NCBI GenBank assembly: GCA_903830625.1
Contig: CAIKUK010000015.1
Location: 37-64,036 of the forward strand
Length of the DNA stretch: 64,000 nt
Direction of reading: 5' to 3'
Source of the DNA: Candidatus Yanofskybacteria bacterium
GTDB lineage: Bacteria; Patescibacteriota; Minisyncoccia; 2-02-FULL-40-12; GWA2-44-9
In this document: positions 18,480 to 27,875 of the stretch, in pieces
Layout of the letters: every line of letters begins with the position of its first letter
Position numbering within the stretch: position 1 is the first letter of the stretch
Translations under genes and position numbers: made by a program
The notes under the pieces: model-generated
What the model was told of the DNA's origin: nothing
Database searches by the model: none
The model's input: the letters and a program-made list of their open reading frames with translations, nothing else

Positions 18480-18731
18480 CTATTCGGCTTCGACTTTAAG
18501 AACAATCGCTCCTTCTCTGACCTTACTGCCCACCTTCAGGCCGACCACGTCGCCCTTTTTGGCGCTGTCCACGTTTTCATGGTCCACCTGCAAAGAGTCG
18601 ACTGTCTGCTCAAAATCAGAGCCATGACCCTCAAATTTTATTTTGTCACCCACTTTGAGGGGAGCGACGAGGTCAACAATGGCGACCTCGCTTTTCCCAT
18701 AATAATGGGTAACTTTTCCGACCGGTTTCAT
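18480..18731 (-). CDS. Hypothetical small beta-rich protein (EF-Tu domain-2-like?)
   Basis: 83 aa: KVTHYYGKSEVAIVDLVAPLKVGDKIKF...GDVVGLKVG. The family is uncertain. A TATAAT sits immediately upstream of the start. Confidence 0.35.
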   Translation of the reverse strand: MKPVGKVTHYYGKSEVAIVDLVAPLKVGDKIKFEGHGSDFEQTVDSLQVDHENVDSAKKGDVVGLKVGSKVREGAIVLKVEAE

Positions 18732-18795
18732 GAGGTTAATTATATAAAAGGGGATTATCTAATGCAAGACCACCTTTTATGGTAATATAAATTTC

Positions 18796-19221
18796 ATGAA
18801 ATGGTATTTTGCCTCTCGAGTAAGACATCAAAACAAGATCATAGAGATTACAGAATTTCTCAAACATAAAGGGCAAGATGTTCTGTCTAACTGGGTCTAT
18901 GAAAGTGCTCTCAAGCCATACCACGAGAACATAGATAAAGTTCAAAAACTGGCAACCGAGGTAACCGCTTCTTTGTTGGCAACTGATATTTTTGTGCTCG
19001 TTAGCGACCCCGAGGGAACCGATATGTTTATTGAGCTCGGCGTTTGTTTGGCCAAGAGCACGACTTCTCCGCGAGATATTAAAATATACATAATCGGTGA
19101 GTATTCGAAGCGATCATTAATGCAACTACATCCATCAATTACGCATTTAAAAACACTGCGTGAAGTATTCGAAAGGGAAGGGATTGATTCCAGTGATTTT
19201 ATTATTCCTTCTTTAGATTGA
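18796..19221 (+). CDS. Nucleoside 2-deoxyribosyltransferase-like (Rossmann/SLOG-like) protein
   Basis: 141 aa. KWYFASRVRH N-terminus and DIFVLVSDPEGTDMFIELGVCLAK resemble the NDT-family conserved blocks. Assigned by motif memory only. Confidence 0.35.
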   Translation: MKWYFASRVRHQNKIIEITEFLKHKGQDVLSNWVYESALKPYHENIDKVQKLATEVTASLLATDIFVLVSDPEGTDMFIELGVCLAKSTTSPRDIKIYIIGEYSKRSLMQLHPSITHLKTLREVFEREGIDSSDFIIPSLD

Positions 19222-19254
19222 AAAAATTCCTCTTACGAGGAATTTTTTCTTTTG

Positions 19255-19338
19255 TGCCCAGGGCCGGACTCGAACCGGCAAGCCCTTGCGAGCGAGACAT
19301 TTTAAGTGTCTTGCGGTTACCAATTTCGCCACCTGGGC
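19255..19338 (-). tRNA. tRNA-Leu (anticodon TAA)
   Basis: Class II cloverleaf on the minus strand: acceptor GCCCAGG/CCTGGGC, anticodon loop CTTAAAA, long variable arm, T-loop TTCGAGT, discriminator A. Confidence 0.75.
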
Positions 19339-19349
19339 AATACCAACGG

Positions 19350-19422
19350 AGGCCACGGTGGGGATCGCACCCACAAATAGCGGTTTTGCAGACCGCCGCG
19401 TTTACTAATTCGCCACGTGGCC
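19350..19422 (-). tRNA. tRNA-Cys (anticodon GCA)
   Basis: 73 nt. Acceptor GGCCACG/CGTGGCC, anticodon loop CTGCAAA, T-loop TGCGATC (G at position 55 is unusual). Confidence 0.65.
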
Positions 19423-20157
19423 AATTTTTTTTAGAACTGTTTCGGTATTCTTATCAATCCTACTAGGACGTAAGCAGAAATAAGCCTTGAAAATATCAAA
19501 TTTTCTCTGCAAATACAAACCATGACTGTCTCCATACATAAAAGAAAATAGTCTTATTGTATCCCTTGTATTATACCGTAAACGATAAGCCCTATTCCCA
19601 TTATAAACTTTGCCTAGACTAACCCCTAGAGTTTTTTCTAATTTTTCTCTAAGGCCAGTTAGAAAATCTTCACTACCAGAAGTAAAAATTACCGAAAGTC
19701 TTTTTAGAATACTCCTTTGAATAAGCCCTTTGCCTCTTTCTAGATACACGCAACCATCCCCATCAAAGTACCCTCGAACAAAATGGGGGAGGACACTAGA
19801 AGGAATACTAGGGAATTTAACTGTCAAAGATTTATCTGGATACATCCCCAAACCAAGCAAGTCATCGTATAAAGCCCTATTACCGATTCTCAAGGAGTAA
19901 GCGGTCCTAGTTTTATAACTTCTGTTTTGATGTTTAAAATGCACAAGTCTTGGTTTTCTTTCTACCACTCTATGCTCTGACCTTAACAGCACCTTTATCT
20001 TTTCGACTGTAGATTTGTCAACGCTCGTGACATTAATATAACTACCTCTCTCGGACTTATACATGCTCCCGTCCGCAAATAAGTAACCCAAAATATAGGC
20101 CATTTCTGGTGTCCAACTCTGGAAAAACTTTTCATCGATTTTATATTTGATACCCAC
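19405..20157 (-). CDS. LAGLIDADG family homing endonuclease (two-motif, free-standing)
   Basis: Motifs LGYLFADGS and VRGYFDGDGCV. The N-terminus KYKIDEKFF resembles I-CreI-like starts. The last 6 codons overlap the 5' end of tRNA-Cys. The GTG start lies inside a 9-bp perfect palindrome. Confidence 0.7.
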   Translation of the reverse strand: MGIKYKIDEKFFQSWTPEMAYILGYLFADGSMYKSERGSYINVTSVDKSTVEKIKVLLRSEHRVVERKPRLVHFKHQNRSYKTRTAYSLRIGNRALYDDLLGLGMYPDKSLTVKFPSIPSSVLPHFVRGYFDGDGCVYLERGKGLIQRSILKRLSVIFTSGSEDFLTGLREKLEKTLGVSLGKVYNGNRAYRLRYNTRDTIRLFSFMYGDSHGLYLQRKFDIFKAYFCLRPSRIDKNTETVLKKIGHVAN

Positions 20158-20222
20158 TTATATAATTATAAGTGGTAAATAATGTTACTGCAAGATTTTA
20201 ATGTACAACGAGATTAAAACTC

Positions 20223-21752
20223 CTAGAGTGTCCGAGCAATACTTTCCTCCTGATAGATTTCTAAGGTGTCCCCGACCTGAATATCGATTGCCGTCTTCGG
20301 GTCAATAATATCAATCCGCATGCCCGTTTCCAAGCCTTCAGCTACTTCAGGCACATCTTGCTTAGCTTGCTGAACCTGGCCGACCTTGGCAATCATGATG
20401 CTTTTGCCGTCGCGCGTCACATCACAGAAAGCGCCACGGACCAATTTGCCCGACAAGACCCGACCACCAATAACTTGGGCTCGAGCGTCTTTTTTAAAGA
20501 GAGCGAGAATTTTGACCTTGCCCAATATTTCCCGGCGAATCTCGGCCACCAATAAAGCGGCCATCTGTTTGCGGATATATTCAATCAGTTCATAAATAAC
20601 ATCAAACGTGGCCAGATTAACATGATCTTTTTCGGCTAATTTGCGGGCGGAAGTTTCTACGGGCACTCGGAAACCGATCACCGAACCGCCACCAGCCGCT
20701 GCAGTGCGCACATCAGAATCGGAGATAGCTCCGATATCATAACTCAACACCGTATAAACGACTTCTTCGGATTTAATCTGCTTAAGCGCCATTTCAATAG
20801 CTTCCAGAGAACTGGAGACATCAGTTTTGATGACTAACTTTAAATATTTCTTGAGCGGATCCAGTTGGGTATGGCTGGTTCTAAGGAAACAGAAGAGGGG
20901 AGTGAGATTAACATTGGCCGCCATGATGTCTTGGGCTGAATCTTTGGTTAAAGCAGTCGTAAACTCACGGCCAATTTCCGGCGGATTCGTCCAGCCCGTG
21001 ATCAAGACCGGCTGAGAGGGTATCGCTGTTTCAAGCCGATTGCCCGTAAAATCTTCCATTGATTTCACTTTACCGATGGCGGTCCCGGCCACGATCCAAT
21101 CGCCGATAGACAAGACTCCTTTGTGAATCAAAGCTGTGGCCACATAACCTCGGTGCTTATCCAGATTGGATTCAATAATGATACCGGTCGCCGGCAAGGA
21201 ACGGTCATCTTTAAGGTCTTCCAATTCGGCTACCAAAAGCACCATGTCCAATAACTCACTGATGCCACGATTTTCTTTGGCGGAAATCTCCACCACCGGC
21301 ACAGTTCCGCCCCAATCTTCCACCAGAATCTCTTCGCCGGCCAAATCTTGTTTCACTTTTTGAACATTGGCCCCAGGTTTATCGGTTTTACTGATAGCCA
21401 CCACGACCGGAATTTTTTCTTCTTTAATAATATGGATGGCTTCCTGGGTTTGAGGCTTGACGCTTTCATCGGCCGCCACCACTAGAATCGCCACGTCGGC
21501 CACCTTGGTTCCGCGAGAACGGATGGCCGTGAAAGCTTCATGGCCCGGCGTATCCAAGAAAGTAATCATCTTGCCTTGAGCGACGGCTTGATAGGCGCCG
21601 ATATGCTGGGTAATACTTCCGGATTCTCCACCGGCTATATTGGCCTTGCGAATAACATCCAATAAACTAGTTTTGCCATGATCGACATGACCAAGCACGA
21701 CTACGATTGGTGGCCGGTTCTCGGAAGCTGATTTTATAGTCGTATTAGCCAT
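20223..21752 (-). CDS. infB: Translation initiation factor IF-2 (short form)
   Basis: 509 aa. G-domain [16 protein letters not shown] plus the IF-2 beta-barrel and C-terminal domains. It lacks the long N-terminal extension. Confidence 0.85.
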   Translation of the reverse strand: MANTTIKSASENRPPIVVVLGHVDHGKTSLLDVIRKANIAGGESGSITQHIGAYQAVAQGKMITFLDTPGHEAFTAIRSRGTKVADVAILVVAADESVKPQTQEAIHIIKEEKIPVVVAISKTDKPGANVQKVKQDLAGEEILVEDWGGTVPVVEISAKENRGISELLDMVLLVAELEDLKDDRSLPATGIIIESNLDKHRGYVATALIHKGVLSIGDWIVAGTAIGKVKSMEDFTGNRLETAIPSQPVLITGWTNPPEIGREFTTALTKDSAQDIMAANVNLTPLFCFLRTSHTQLDPLKKYLKLVIKTDVSSSLEAIEMALKQIKSEEVVYTVLSYDIGAISDSDVRTAAAGGGSVIGFRVPVETSARKLAEKDHVNLATFDVIYELIEYIRKQMAALLVAEIRREILGKVKILALFKKDARAQVIGGRVLSGKLVRGAFCDVTRDGKSIMIAKVGQVQQAKQDVPEVAEGLETGMRIDIIDPKTAIDIQVGDTLEIYQEESIARTL

Positions 21753-21858
21753 ATTGGTTCGGTAATTTTACCATTTAAAAACCGTTTAGTCAAAAGAAAT
21801 ATGGCTTTAATAAAGCCATATTTCTGCGAAGAAACAAGGTTTTATTGGCCGCTAAATC

Positions 21859-22167
21859 TTAGACATTTTTTCTTTCGTTGAATTGCCGTTCAATTTCGGT
21901 AGCCACGATAAAATCTCGGTCGGTGACTTTGCCGCCGATGTCAAATCTCTGGAGCTCGAACAAAACTTTGCTGTAAAAAATATGAATATCCGGGTGATGG
22001 TCCATGGATTCAAAGAAAGAAACCAGACCGCTCACGAACCCGAAAGAATCCAAAAAATCTTTGAACTCATATTGCTTGCTGATTTTATCATTGGCAAATT
22101 CCCAGCCCGGCAAGGCCTTAAGTTTCTCACGTATCTCCTCTTCGGTTAAGATAACGGGTTTATCCAT
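21859..22167 (-). CDS. Pterin-4-alpha-carbinolamine dehydratase
   Basis: 102 aa. E-x-H-H-P-x5-Y-x2-V pattern (MDHHPDIHIFYSKVLFEL). Confidence 0.6.
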   Translation of the reverse strand: MDKPVILTEEEIREKLKALPGWEFANDKISKQYEFKDFLDSFGFVSGLVSFFESMDHHPDIHIFYSKVLFELQRFDIGGKVTDRDFIVATEIERQFNERKNV

Positions 22168-22194
22168 ATGGTTAAGCTATGATAGATTATAGTC

Positions 22195-22986
22195 ATGCAA
22201 CCTGATAAAAATCAACCGATTGGCGTTTTTGACTCTGGCCTGGGCGGTTTAAGCATTCTCCGGGAACTTAGGGAGCTTCTTCCGCACGAAAACTTCATTT
22301 TCCTGGCCGATCAGGCTTATGTTCCTTACGGCGAGAAAACTCCGGCCGAACTGATTGACCGCTGCCTAAAAATCGGTGAATTCTTAAAAAACCAGGATAT
22401 TAAATTGATGGTGGTCGCCTGCAATACAGCTACGTGCTATGCCCTTCCCGCATTGCGCCAGAAATATGCCCTGCTTATAGTCGGCACGGTGCCGGCCATA
22501 AAACCGGCATCCGAGAAAACAAAAACGGGCGTTATTGGAATTATCTCCACCGAAGCGACTTCAAAAAGCAAAACATTGGCTGATTTGATAACAGCTCATG
22601 CCCGCGATAAACAAGTTATAAATATTGGCTGTCCTAATCTTGAAGACACAGTTGAAGCTGGGGGATTGGATTCTACCGATACCAATGCTCTGCTTGAAAA
22701 ATATCTTGAACCAATCAAACAATCTTCAGCCGACTGTTTGGTTTTAGGTTGTACTCATTATCCATTCTTAAAACCAGCTATTGTCCAAGTGATGGAACGA
22801 GAAATAGAAATAATAGACTCAGGCGAGGCCATCGCCAAGCGGGTAAAAACATTGTTGGCTAATAACGAAACCTCTGCATCCGAAGGCGCAGTCAAGTATT
22901 TCACCACCAGCGAACCGGACCAATTTAATAACATCGCTTCAAAGCTCCTTAAAGAAAAGATTAAGGCTAAAACTGTTCAAATTTAG
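22195..22986 (+). CDS. murI: Glutamate racemase
   Basis: IGVFDSGLGGLSIL ... VVACNTAT ... LGCTHYP, the hallmark MurI motifs. Confidence 0.85.
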   Translation: MQPDKNQPIGVFDSGLGGLSILRELRELLPHENFIFLADQAYVPYGEKTPAELIDRCLKIGEFLKNQDIKLMVVACNTATCYALPALRQKYALLIVGTVPAIKPASEKTKTGVIGIISTEATSKSKTLADLITAHARDKQVINIGCPNLEDTVEAGGLDSTDTNALLEKYLEPIKQSSADCLVLGCTHYPFLKPAIVQVMEREIEIIDSGEAIAKRVKTLLANNETSASEGAVKYFTTSEPDQFNNIASKLLKEKIKAKTVQI

Positions 22987-23001
22987 GTGCGACTAATAAT
23001 G

Positions 23002-23090
23002 CGGAGAAGGAGGGATTCGAACCCTCGAGGGGGTTTAAGCCCCCTACATCTTTAGCAAAGATGCTCGATAGACCACTCCGACACTTCTCC
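23002..23090 (-). tRNA. tRNA-Ser (anticodon GCT)
   Basis: 89 nt class II: acceptor GGAGAAG/CTTCTCC, anticodon loop TTGCTAA, long variable arm, T-loop TTCGAAT, discriminator G. Confidence 0.75.
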
Positions 23091-23110
23091 CAAAGTTTCA
23101 AAATTATAGC

Positions 23111-24112
23111 TTAATTGTAGTACTTCTTCAAATGTTTTGGATTATGCGAACCAATCATTTTAAAATATCTTTCGACATCTTGCTTACTATTTAATCTAAT
23201 GTGTATACCCGACACAGAAGGGGACATACCTAAATCTCTTAAAATACCAAGCACAGATTCTCTGAGAGGTGCAGAAGCACTGGCAAAATCAATCTTTTTA
23301 TAGGAATACCATTTATTATTTACTTTGTATTTGTTAGTGAATATACAACCATCAGTGTCTACGAGTCCTCGAATACATGCTCTTGAAAATTTAGTATTAC
23401 TTTTTATCCATGATGGTATATCAAATTGTTGCCATACTTTATTGCCAATAACTATCCCGAGGGAGTGCAGATACTTGACCAGGTTACTTCGAGAGATAAG
23501 TAATGTGTTTGTAGACGATTTTATTCTATGGGTAACGCTTGGCTCAACGCCAAATAGCTTCTTCATTAGTTTCTTAACAAAATAACTGTACTCGAGATCA
23601 TCAACATGATGTAATGTTATCGAAATTTGTCTCTCTGTTGTTCCTCCGTCACCCATTAAAACTCCAAAGAATTCTGATAACGCCACTGAAGGCTTGGGTT
23701 TTCGGAAGAGGAGTGGAATTAAAATAGCATTCAGATTAAATTTACCTTCTTTATTCCACCATTTTTGCCAACGCTTTTTTCTATATTCAGGATTAACGGG
23801 AAATTTACCGTATTTTCGCATCACTGTTGCCGCTCCTTTTTTCCCTCCTTCGTAGGTGTACCAGTATCTACCCTTTATTTCTATGTCTTTCGGAAGAGGG
23901 ATAGACGACTTTCTCGAGAGATATTGAGCGACGGCCAGGGGCATAGAACCTTTTTCTTTCTTCCAGTATTCGATGGTCTTTCGATCTACTCCGAATATTT
24001 TAATAAGATTTTGCGAACCAATGCCTAGTTTATTTTCTACGGAATTAATAAATGAGGTCTGTTTACCTTTTTTAAACACTATTCGTTTACTAGAATTAAA
24101 CCGCTCTATCAT
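23111..24112 (-). CDS. LAGLIDADG family homing endonuclease (two-motif) with N-terminal extension
   Basis: Motifs FFGVLMGDGG and IRGLVDTDGCI. 333 aa. The gene sits between two Ser-type tRNA genes. Confidence 0.65.
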   Translation of the reverse strand: MIERFNSSKRIVFKKGKQTSFINSVENKLGIGSQNLIKIFGVDRKTIEYWKKEKGSMPLAVAQYLSRKSSIPLPKDIEIKGRYWYTYEGGKKGAATVMRKYGKFPVNPEYRKKRWQKWWNKEGKFNLNAILIPLLFRKPKPSVALSEFFGVLMGDGGTTERQISITLHHVDDLEYSYFVKKLMKKLFGVEPSVTHRIKSSTNTLLISRSNLVKYLHSLGIVIGNKVWQQFDIPSWIKSNTKFSRACIRGLVDTDGCIFTNKYKVNNKWYSYKKIDFASASAPLRESVLGILRDLGMSPSVSGIHIRLNSKQDVERYFKMIGSHNPKHLKKYYN

Positions 24113-24188
24113 ACTCCCATTTTACCACAAAAAGTGGCTGGTATTATCCACATGGAAATGCTATAATACCTAATAAACCAAGAGTTTT

Positions 24189-24279
24189 GGAGGAGTGCGT
24201 GAGTGGATAAAAACGAGCAGTTTACTAAACTGCCAAGCTCGCAAGAGCTTCGTGGGTTCGAATCCCACCTCCTCCGCCA
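24189..24279 (+). tRNA. Class II Ser-like tRNA with apparent ACT anticodon (atypical)
   Basis: 91 nt including an encoded CCA. Acceptor GGAGGAG/CTCCTCC, 3-bp D-stem, anticodon stem GCAGT/ACTGC with loop TTACTAA, long variable arm, T-loop TTCGAAT, G73. It differs from the neighbouring tRNA-Ser(GCT) loop by G34 to A. Confidence 0.5.
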
Positions 24280-24339
24280 AAACAATGATTTAATTCTTAA
24301 AGGTCGAGTACTTGATTAACTTAATCTAACTATAAAACT

Positions 24340-24495
24340 ATGGTAAAAGGAAACTTTATTGGTGCGGCAATTGTTGCAATCATCTACACGGTCTATATTG
24401 TATGGAACCCCCTTCCAACGAAATCGCAAACAGCGTTAATATTGGTGATTCTTAACGCTTTAACTATCGTATTGTTGTCTTTTGCGTTCAAATAA
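24340..24495 (+). CDS. Possible 51-aa small membrane protein
   Basis: MVKGNFIGAAIVAIIYTVYIVWNPLPTKSQTALILVILNALTIVLLSFAFK has two hydrophobic helices. It ends 6 nt before the next membrane-protein gene. No clear ribosome-binding site. Confidence 0.25.
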   Translation: MVKGNFIGAAIVAIIYTVYIVWNPLPTKSQTALILVILNALTIVLLSFAFK

Positions 24496-24501
24496 CACTA
24501 A

Positions 24502-25179
24502 GTGAAAATTCATTCCTGGCATTTTATTACTAGTTCAATAGTCTTATTTCTGCTAGATTTTTTAATTTTAGCTAATAAGACAATTTTCCCGAGCCAAGAT
24601 CTAGGAGGGGTTCAAAAAGTTATCGCCATTATTTGCGCCTTAGTTTTTATCGTAGGAATTGTATGGGCTATATTTGAACCGTTTTCGAAAACAACGACGC
24701 AGTCAGAGGCACGGGGAAGCCGACTTGCTTTGACCACATTGGAGATTGTTTTTAACCGACTTTTTGCATTTTTGCTGGTTTTATCCACTCTCCCACTTTT
24801 CTTAAATATACTAACCCTCCCGACAATTATTATCTTTGCCATATTTGCTTCTTTTATTTGGTTCGGTAAAAAATATCACCCTATCACCAATATTATTTTT
24901 CTAATCGTCGCTCTGGGTGTTTATTTTGTCCCGATTACACTCATCGACTGGGGGATTTTCCGTGTTTTAAAGGAATTCCGGATTGGCGGCTTTAATTTTA
25001 ATCAATTTTCCCTGCTCTTTTGCATTGCACCGCTTATCTTTATCTCTTTTTCAATCAGAAATGTTTTGGGTAACATTTTGACTTACTTTAAAATCGGTGC
25101 CCGACGCAATATTTATTTTTTTATTTCCTTGGTTATTGCGCTGATAGCGCCTTGGATTTATCCGCTTTTGAGTAGATAG
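24502..25179 (+). CDS. Hypothetical polytopic membrane protein
   Basis: 225 aa, GTG start, ~6 predicted TM segments. No recognisable family. Confidence 0.45.
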   Translation: MKIHSWHFITSSIVLFLLDFLILANKTIFPSQDLGGVQKVIAIICALVFIVGIVWAIFEPFSKTTTQSEARGSRLALTTLEIVFNRLFAFLLVLSTLPLFLNILTLPTIIIFAIFASFIWFGKKYHPITNIIFLIVALGVYFVPITLIDWGIFRVLKEFRIGGFNFNQFSLLFCIAPLIFISFSIRNVLGNILTYFKIGARRNIYFFISLVIALIAPWIYPLLSR

Positions 25180-25196
25180 AGCTGTGCTTATCTTTT

Positions 25197-25904
25197 TTAT
25201 CCTCTCGCAATTGCCAGAGCCATGACCGATACTGCGCCCGCGTTTTTTAAAATGCGGGCGCATTCGTTCAAGGTTGCGCCGGTGGTGCAAACATCGTCCA
25301 CCAAGATAATGGCCCGACCGCGAAAAGTTTCGGGATTGAGACAAATGTAAAGACCTTGAACATTTGAAAGACGTTCAGGCCGGTCTTTCAAATCCGCTTG
25401 AGGCGTACCATGAACGGAGCGAATTAATCCTTCGCCGACATCTAAACGATAATGACGAGCAATCAACTGGGCCAGAAGTTCAGCCTGATTAAATCCGCGC
25501 CAATATTCCCGAGTTTTGAAAAGAGGCACCGGAACCAAAAGGGGATTACCTCGCACGATTGAGAAATAGTCACGCTTGGCCAGATGGTCAAGATGTTTGA
25601 AAGCCAGTTGGCTAAGCGGCTGGGCCAAATTCGGCAAAAAACGGTATTTGAAAAGTTTGATGGCTGACGCCACGTTGCGGTCTTTAAAATCACTAGCCAC
25701 GAACAATTGGTCAACGGCATAAGCTTCCCGGCAAAAGACACAAGTCTTACCCAAAGGCGTCGGCCGTTGGCAACCGATGCATTCATTTTGTTTTTTGACC
25801 GGCAAAGCATTGAAACAAGACTGACAAAGATATTCCTTGTTCAAGTATTTACCACAAACGATGCACCGATAGGGAAAAATGATATCAATAAGCCAGTTCA
25901 ACAT
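25197..25904 (-). CDS. comFC: ComF family competence protein (phosphoribosyltransferase domain)
   Basis: N-terminal Cys4 zinc finger (CIVCGKYL...CQSC...CIGC...CVFC) and C-terminal PRTase motif AIILVDDVCTTGATL. Confidence 0.8.
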   Translation of the reverse strand: MLNWLIDIIFPYRCIVCGKYLNKEYLCQSCFNALPVKKQNECIGCQRPTPLGKTCVFCREAYAVDQLFVASDFKDRNVASAIKLFKYRFLPNLAQPLSQLAFKHLDHLAKRDYFSIVRGNPLLVPVPLFKTREYWRGFNQAELLAQLIARHYRLDVGEGLIRSVHGTPQADLKDRPERLSNVQGLYICLNPETFRGRAIILVDDVCTTGATLNECARILKNAGAVSVMALAIARG

Positions 25905-25926
25905 ATGATGGGGATAAAGTATGGTA

Positions 25927-25952
25927 TTGACAGACAGTTCCTGTGATATAAT
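25927..25952 (+). promoter_or_regulatory. Candidate sigma70-type promoter for the pilM operon
   Basis: TTGACA followed by a 14-nt spacer and TGaTATAAT. The spacer is short, but the extended -10 TG is present. Confidence 0.35.
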
Positions 25953-26051
25953 TCAAATGCTCCTACAAATTACTAATCCTTACAAATATACCAATAAAAT
26001 CAGTTTCGGTTATTTGTACATTCGTGCCAATTCGTAATTAGTAGTAACTAT

Positions 26052-27101
26052 ATGTTCAATCTTTTTGGATCGAAAAGCAAACTCGGCATTGATATCGGCA
26101 CGGCTTCAATTAAAGTTGTCGAACTGGAGAACAATAACAACCGCTTCGCGCTCAAAAACTACGGTCTCTTTGAGATGAAGAGCGACAAGAACACTCCTGC
26201 TGGCGAACAAAGCATCCTTAAACTTCCAGACAGCGAGATTATTTGGGGCATTAAAGAAGTGCTTAAGAAATCAAAAATCTCCGGCCGAGAGGTGATTGCT
26301 TCTATTCCGGCCTTTTCTACTTTTGCCACCGTTATCAAAATGCCCTACCTCTCCGAAGACGAATTGGCTAAAGCCATTCCATTTGAAGCCCGCAAATATG
26401 TGCCTATACCACTGGAGGAAGTGGTGCTGGATTGGTCTATTATCGGTGTGGTCGGCGAAGGCGCCCGACCGACAGTGGAAATATTCCTCGCCGCCGTTCC
26501 CAAAGACGAAACTGCTCGTTATCAAAGCATCATGGCCGGTGCGGGATTAAATCTAAAAGCTCTGGAATTGGAAAACTCCGCACTTATCCGCGCGCTTCTG
26601 GGAAATGATCTTGCGCCGACGGCCATCGTTAATATCGGCGGCCGCAGCACGTCCATTGTCGTCGTCAGTAAGGGTTACGAACGCCTTTCGCACAATTATG
26701 AAGTGGGCGGATTTGAAATTACCAAGAGCATTTCCCGCTCATTGAACATCAGCCTGGATAAAGCCGATGACCTCAAAAAGTGCCTGGGGATGAAGCAAGC
26801 CGACGAAAACATTATCAATGAAGCCATGAGCACTTTGATTGATATGATGGCTTTTGAAACTAAAAAGACCATCAGTTCATTTGAAAATTCCCAAAACGAA
26901 AAAGTGGCTCGTATTTTGCTGGTCGGGGGCATGGTTAATATGCCCAACTTCTTGAATTATTTTAAACAGAAACTGGGCCAAGAAGTTTTCGCCGGCAATG
27001 CTTTCGCCCGCATTGTCTATCCACAGGGTCTGGCCCCGGCCATCGGGGAACTGGCCAGTACTTTTGCCGTCGCCGCCGGTCTGGCTATGCGAGATATATA
27101 G
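26052..27101 (+). CDS. pilM: Type IV pilus assembly protein PilM
   Basis: Actin-like ATPase fold with N-terminal GIDIGTASIKVVEL. First gene of the pilus operon. Confidence 0.8.
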   Translation: MFNLFGSKSKLGIDIGTASIKVVELENNNNRFALKNYGLFEMKSDKNTPAGEQSILKLPDSEIIWGIKEVLKKSKISGREVIASIPAFSTFATVIKMPYLSEDELAKAIPFEARKYVPIPLEEVVLDWSIIGVVGEGARPTVEIFLAAVPKDETARYQSIMAGAGLNLKALELENSALIRALLGNDLAPTAIVNIGGRSTSIVVVSKGYERLSHNYEVGGFEITKSISRSLNISLDKADDLKKCLGMKQADENIINEAMSTLIDMMAFETKKTISSFENSQNEKVARILLVGGMVNMPNFLNYFKQKLGQEVFAGNAFARIVYPQGLAPAIGELASTFAVAAGLAMRDI

Positions 27102-27182
27102 AGCCGTGTTGATAATATAAGACGTTAAAGTGGAGTAATGAGATATAATGTAGTAGTGAGAGTCGGTTTACTTTTTAATAAT

Positions 27183-27318
27183 GGCCGGGTAGTGAAAATT
27201 CGACTGGTTTTCTTTAGCGCCATTCGTAACATCACATCTGGCTATAACAATTTAGAGATTCGTAAGCTGTGGCTCACCTAAGAAAACGGTGGTGCAGGTC
27301 GAATTTCTACTATCCCGG
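27183..27318. repeat. Inverted-repeat element, family B, copy b (CCGGGTAGTGAAAATTCGAC ... GTCGAATTTCTACTATCCCGG)
   Basis: ~20-bp terminal inverted repeats enclose ~95 nt. The 3' arm abuts the GTG start of pilN. Confidence 0.6.
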
Positions 27319-27875
27319 TGGCTGATAAAGGCGGAATACAATTACTCCCTGAGAACAGAAAGAGGATTGACGTTAAGATTCCAGGAGAGAACAGGCTGAT
27401 TTACACAGGCGCTATTCTTATTGTGCTGGTGTTGGTTTTGGCGGGAGGATTATGGATTTATAGCGGAAGTTTGACCAATCAAATTAAGGCCGATGATGAC
27501 CAAATAACGGCTCTGGAAAAACAACGCGACGCCAAAGCGGAACAGAATTTAATTACTTTGGCCAAACAGCTCAGTATTACCAGTCAGATTCTCAAAAACC
27601 ATACCTACTGGTCGGTCGGACTTTCTAAAATAGAATCCGCGCTCCAAAGCAATGTTCAATTTAAATCATTTTCAGCTACCTTGGGCGAAAACAGTCTTCA
27701 TATCCGGGCCACGAGCGATAATTACACCACGATTGCCAAACAATTAGCCGCCTTTGTGGCCGATGATGCGATTAAAGACATCTCTCTCGACGGGGTTAAT
27801 GCTCTTACCTCCGGCAAGCTTGATTTCAATATTAGAGTTGGATTTGACCCCGCAAAATTCTTAACAAACCAATGA
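27318..27875 (+). CDS. pilN: Type IV pilus assembly protein PilN-like
   Basis: GTG start. IQLLPENRK (PilN INLLP-type motif), followed by a single TM and a periplasmic coiled coil. Confidence 0.55.
   Translation: MADKGGIQLLPENRKRIDVKIPGENRLIYTGAILIVLVLVLAGGLWIYSGSLTNQIKADDDQITALEKQRDAKAEQNLITLAKQLSITSQILKNHTYWSVGLSKIESALQSNVQFKSFSATLGENSLHIRATSDNYTTIAKQLAAFVADDAIKDISLDGVNALTSGKLDFNIRVGFDPAKFLTNQ

Noticed and set aside
20158-20222. 9-bp palindrome CCACTTATA-taat-TATAAGTGG as an infB terminator
   Set aside because: There is no T-run on the minus strand after it. It overlaps the GTG start of the homing-endonuclease gene and more likely belongs to that gene's promoter or start region.
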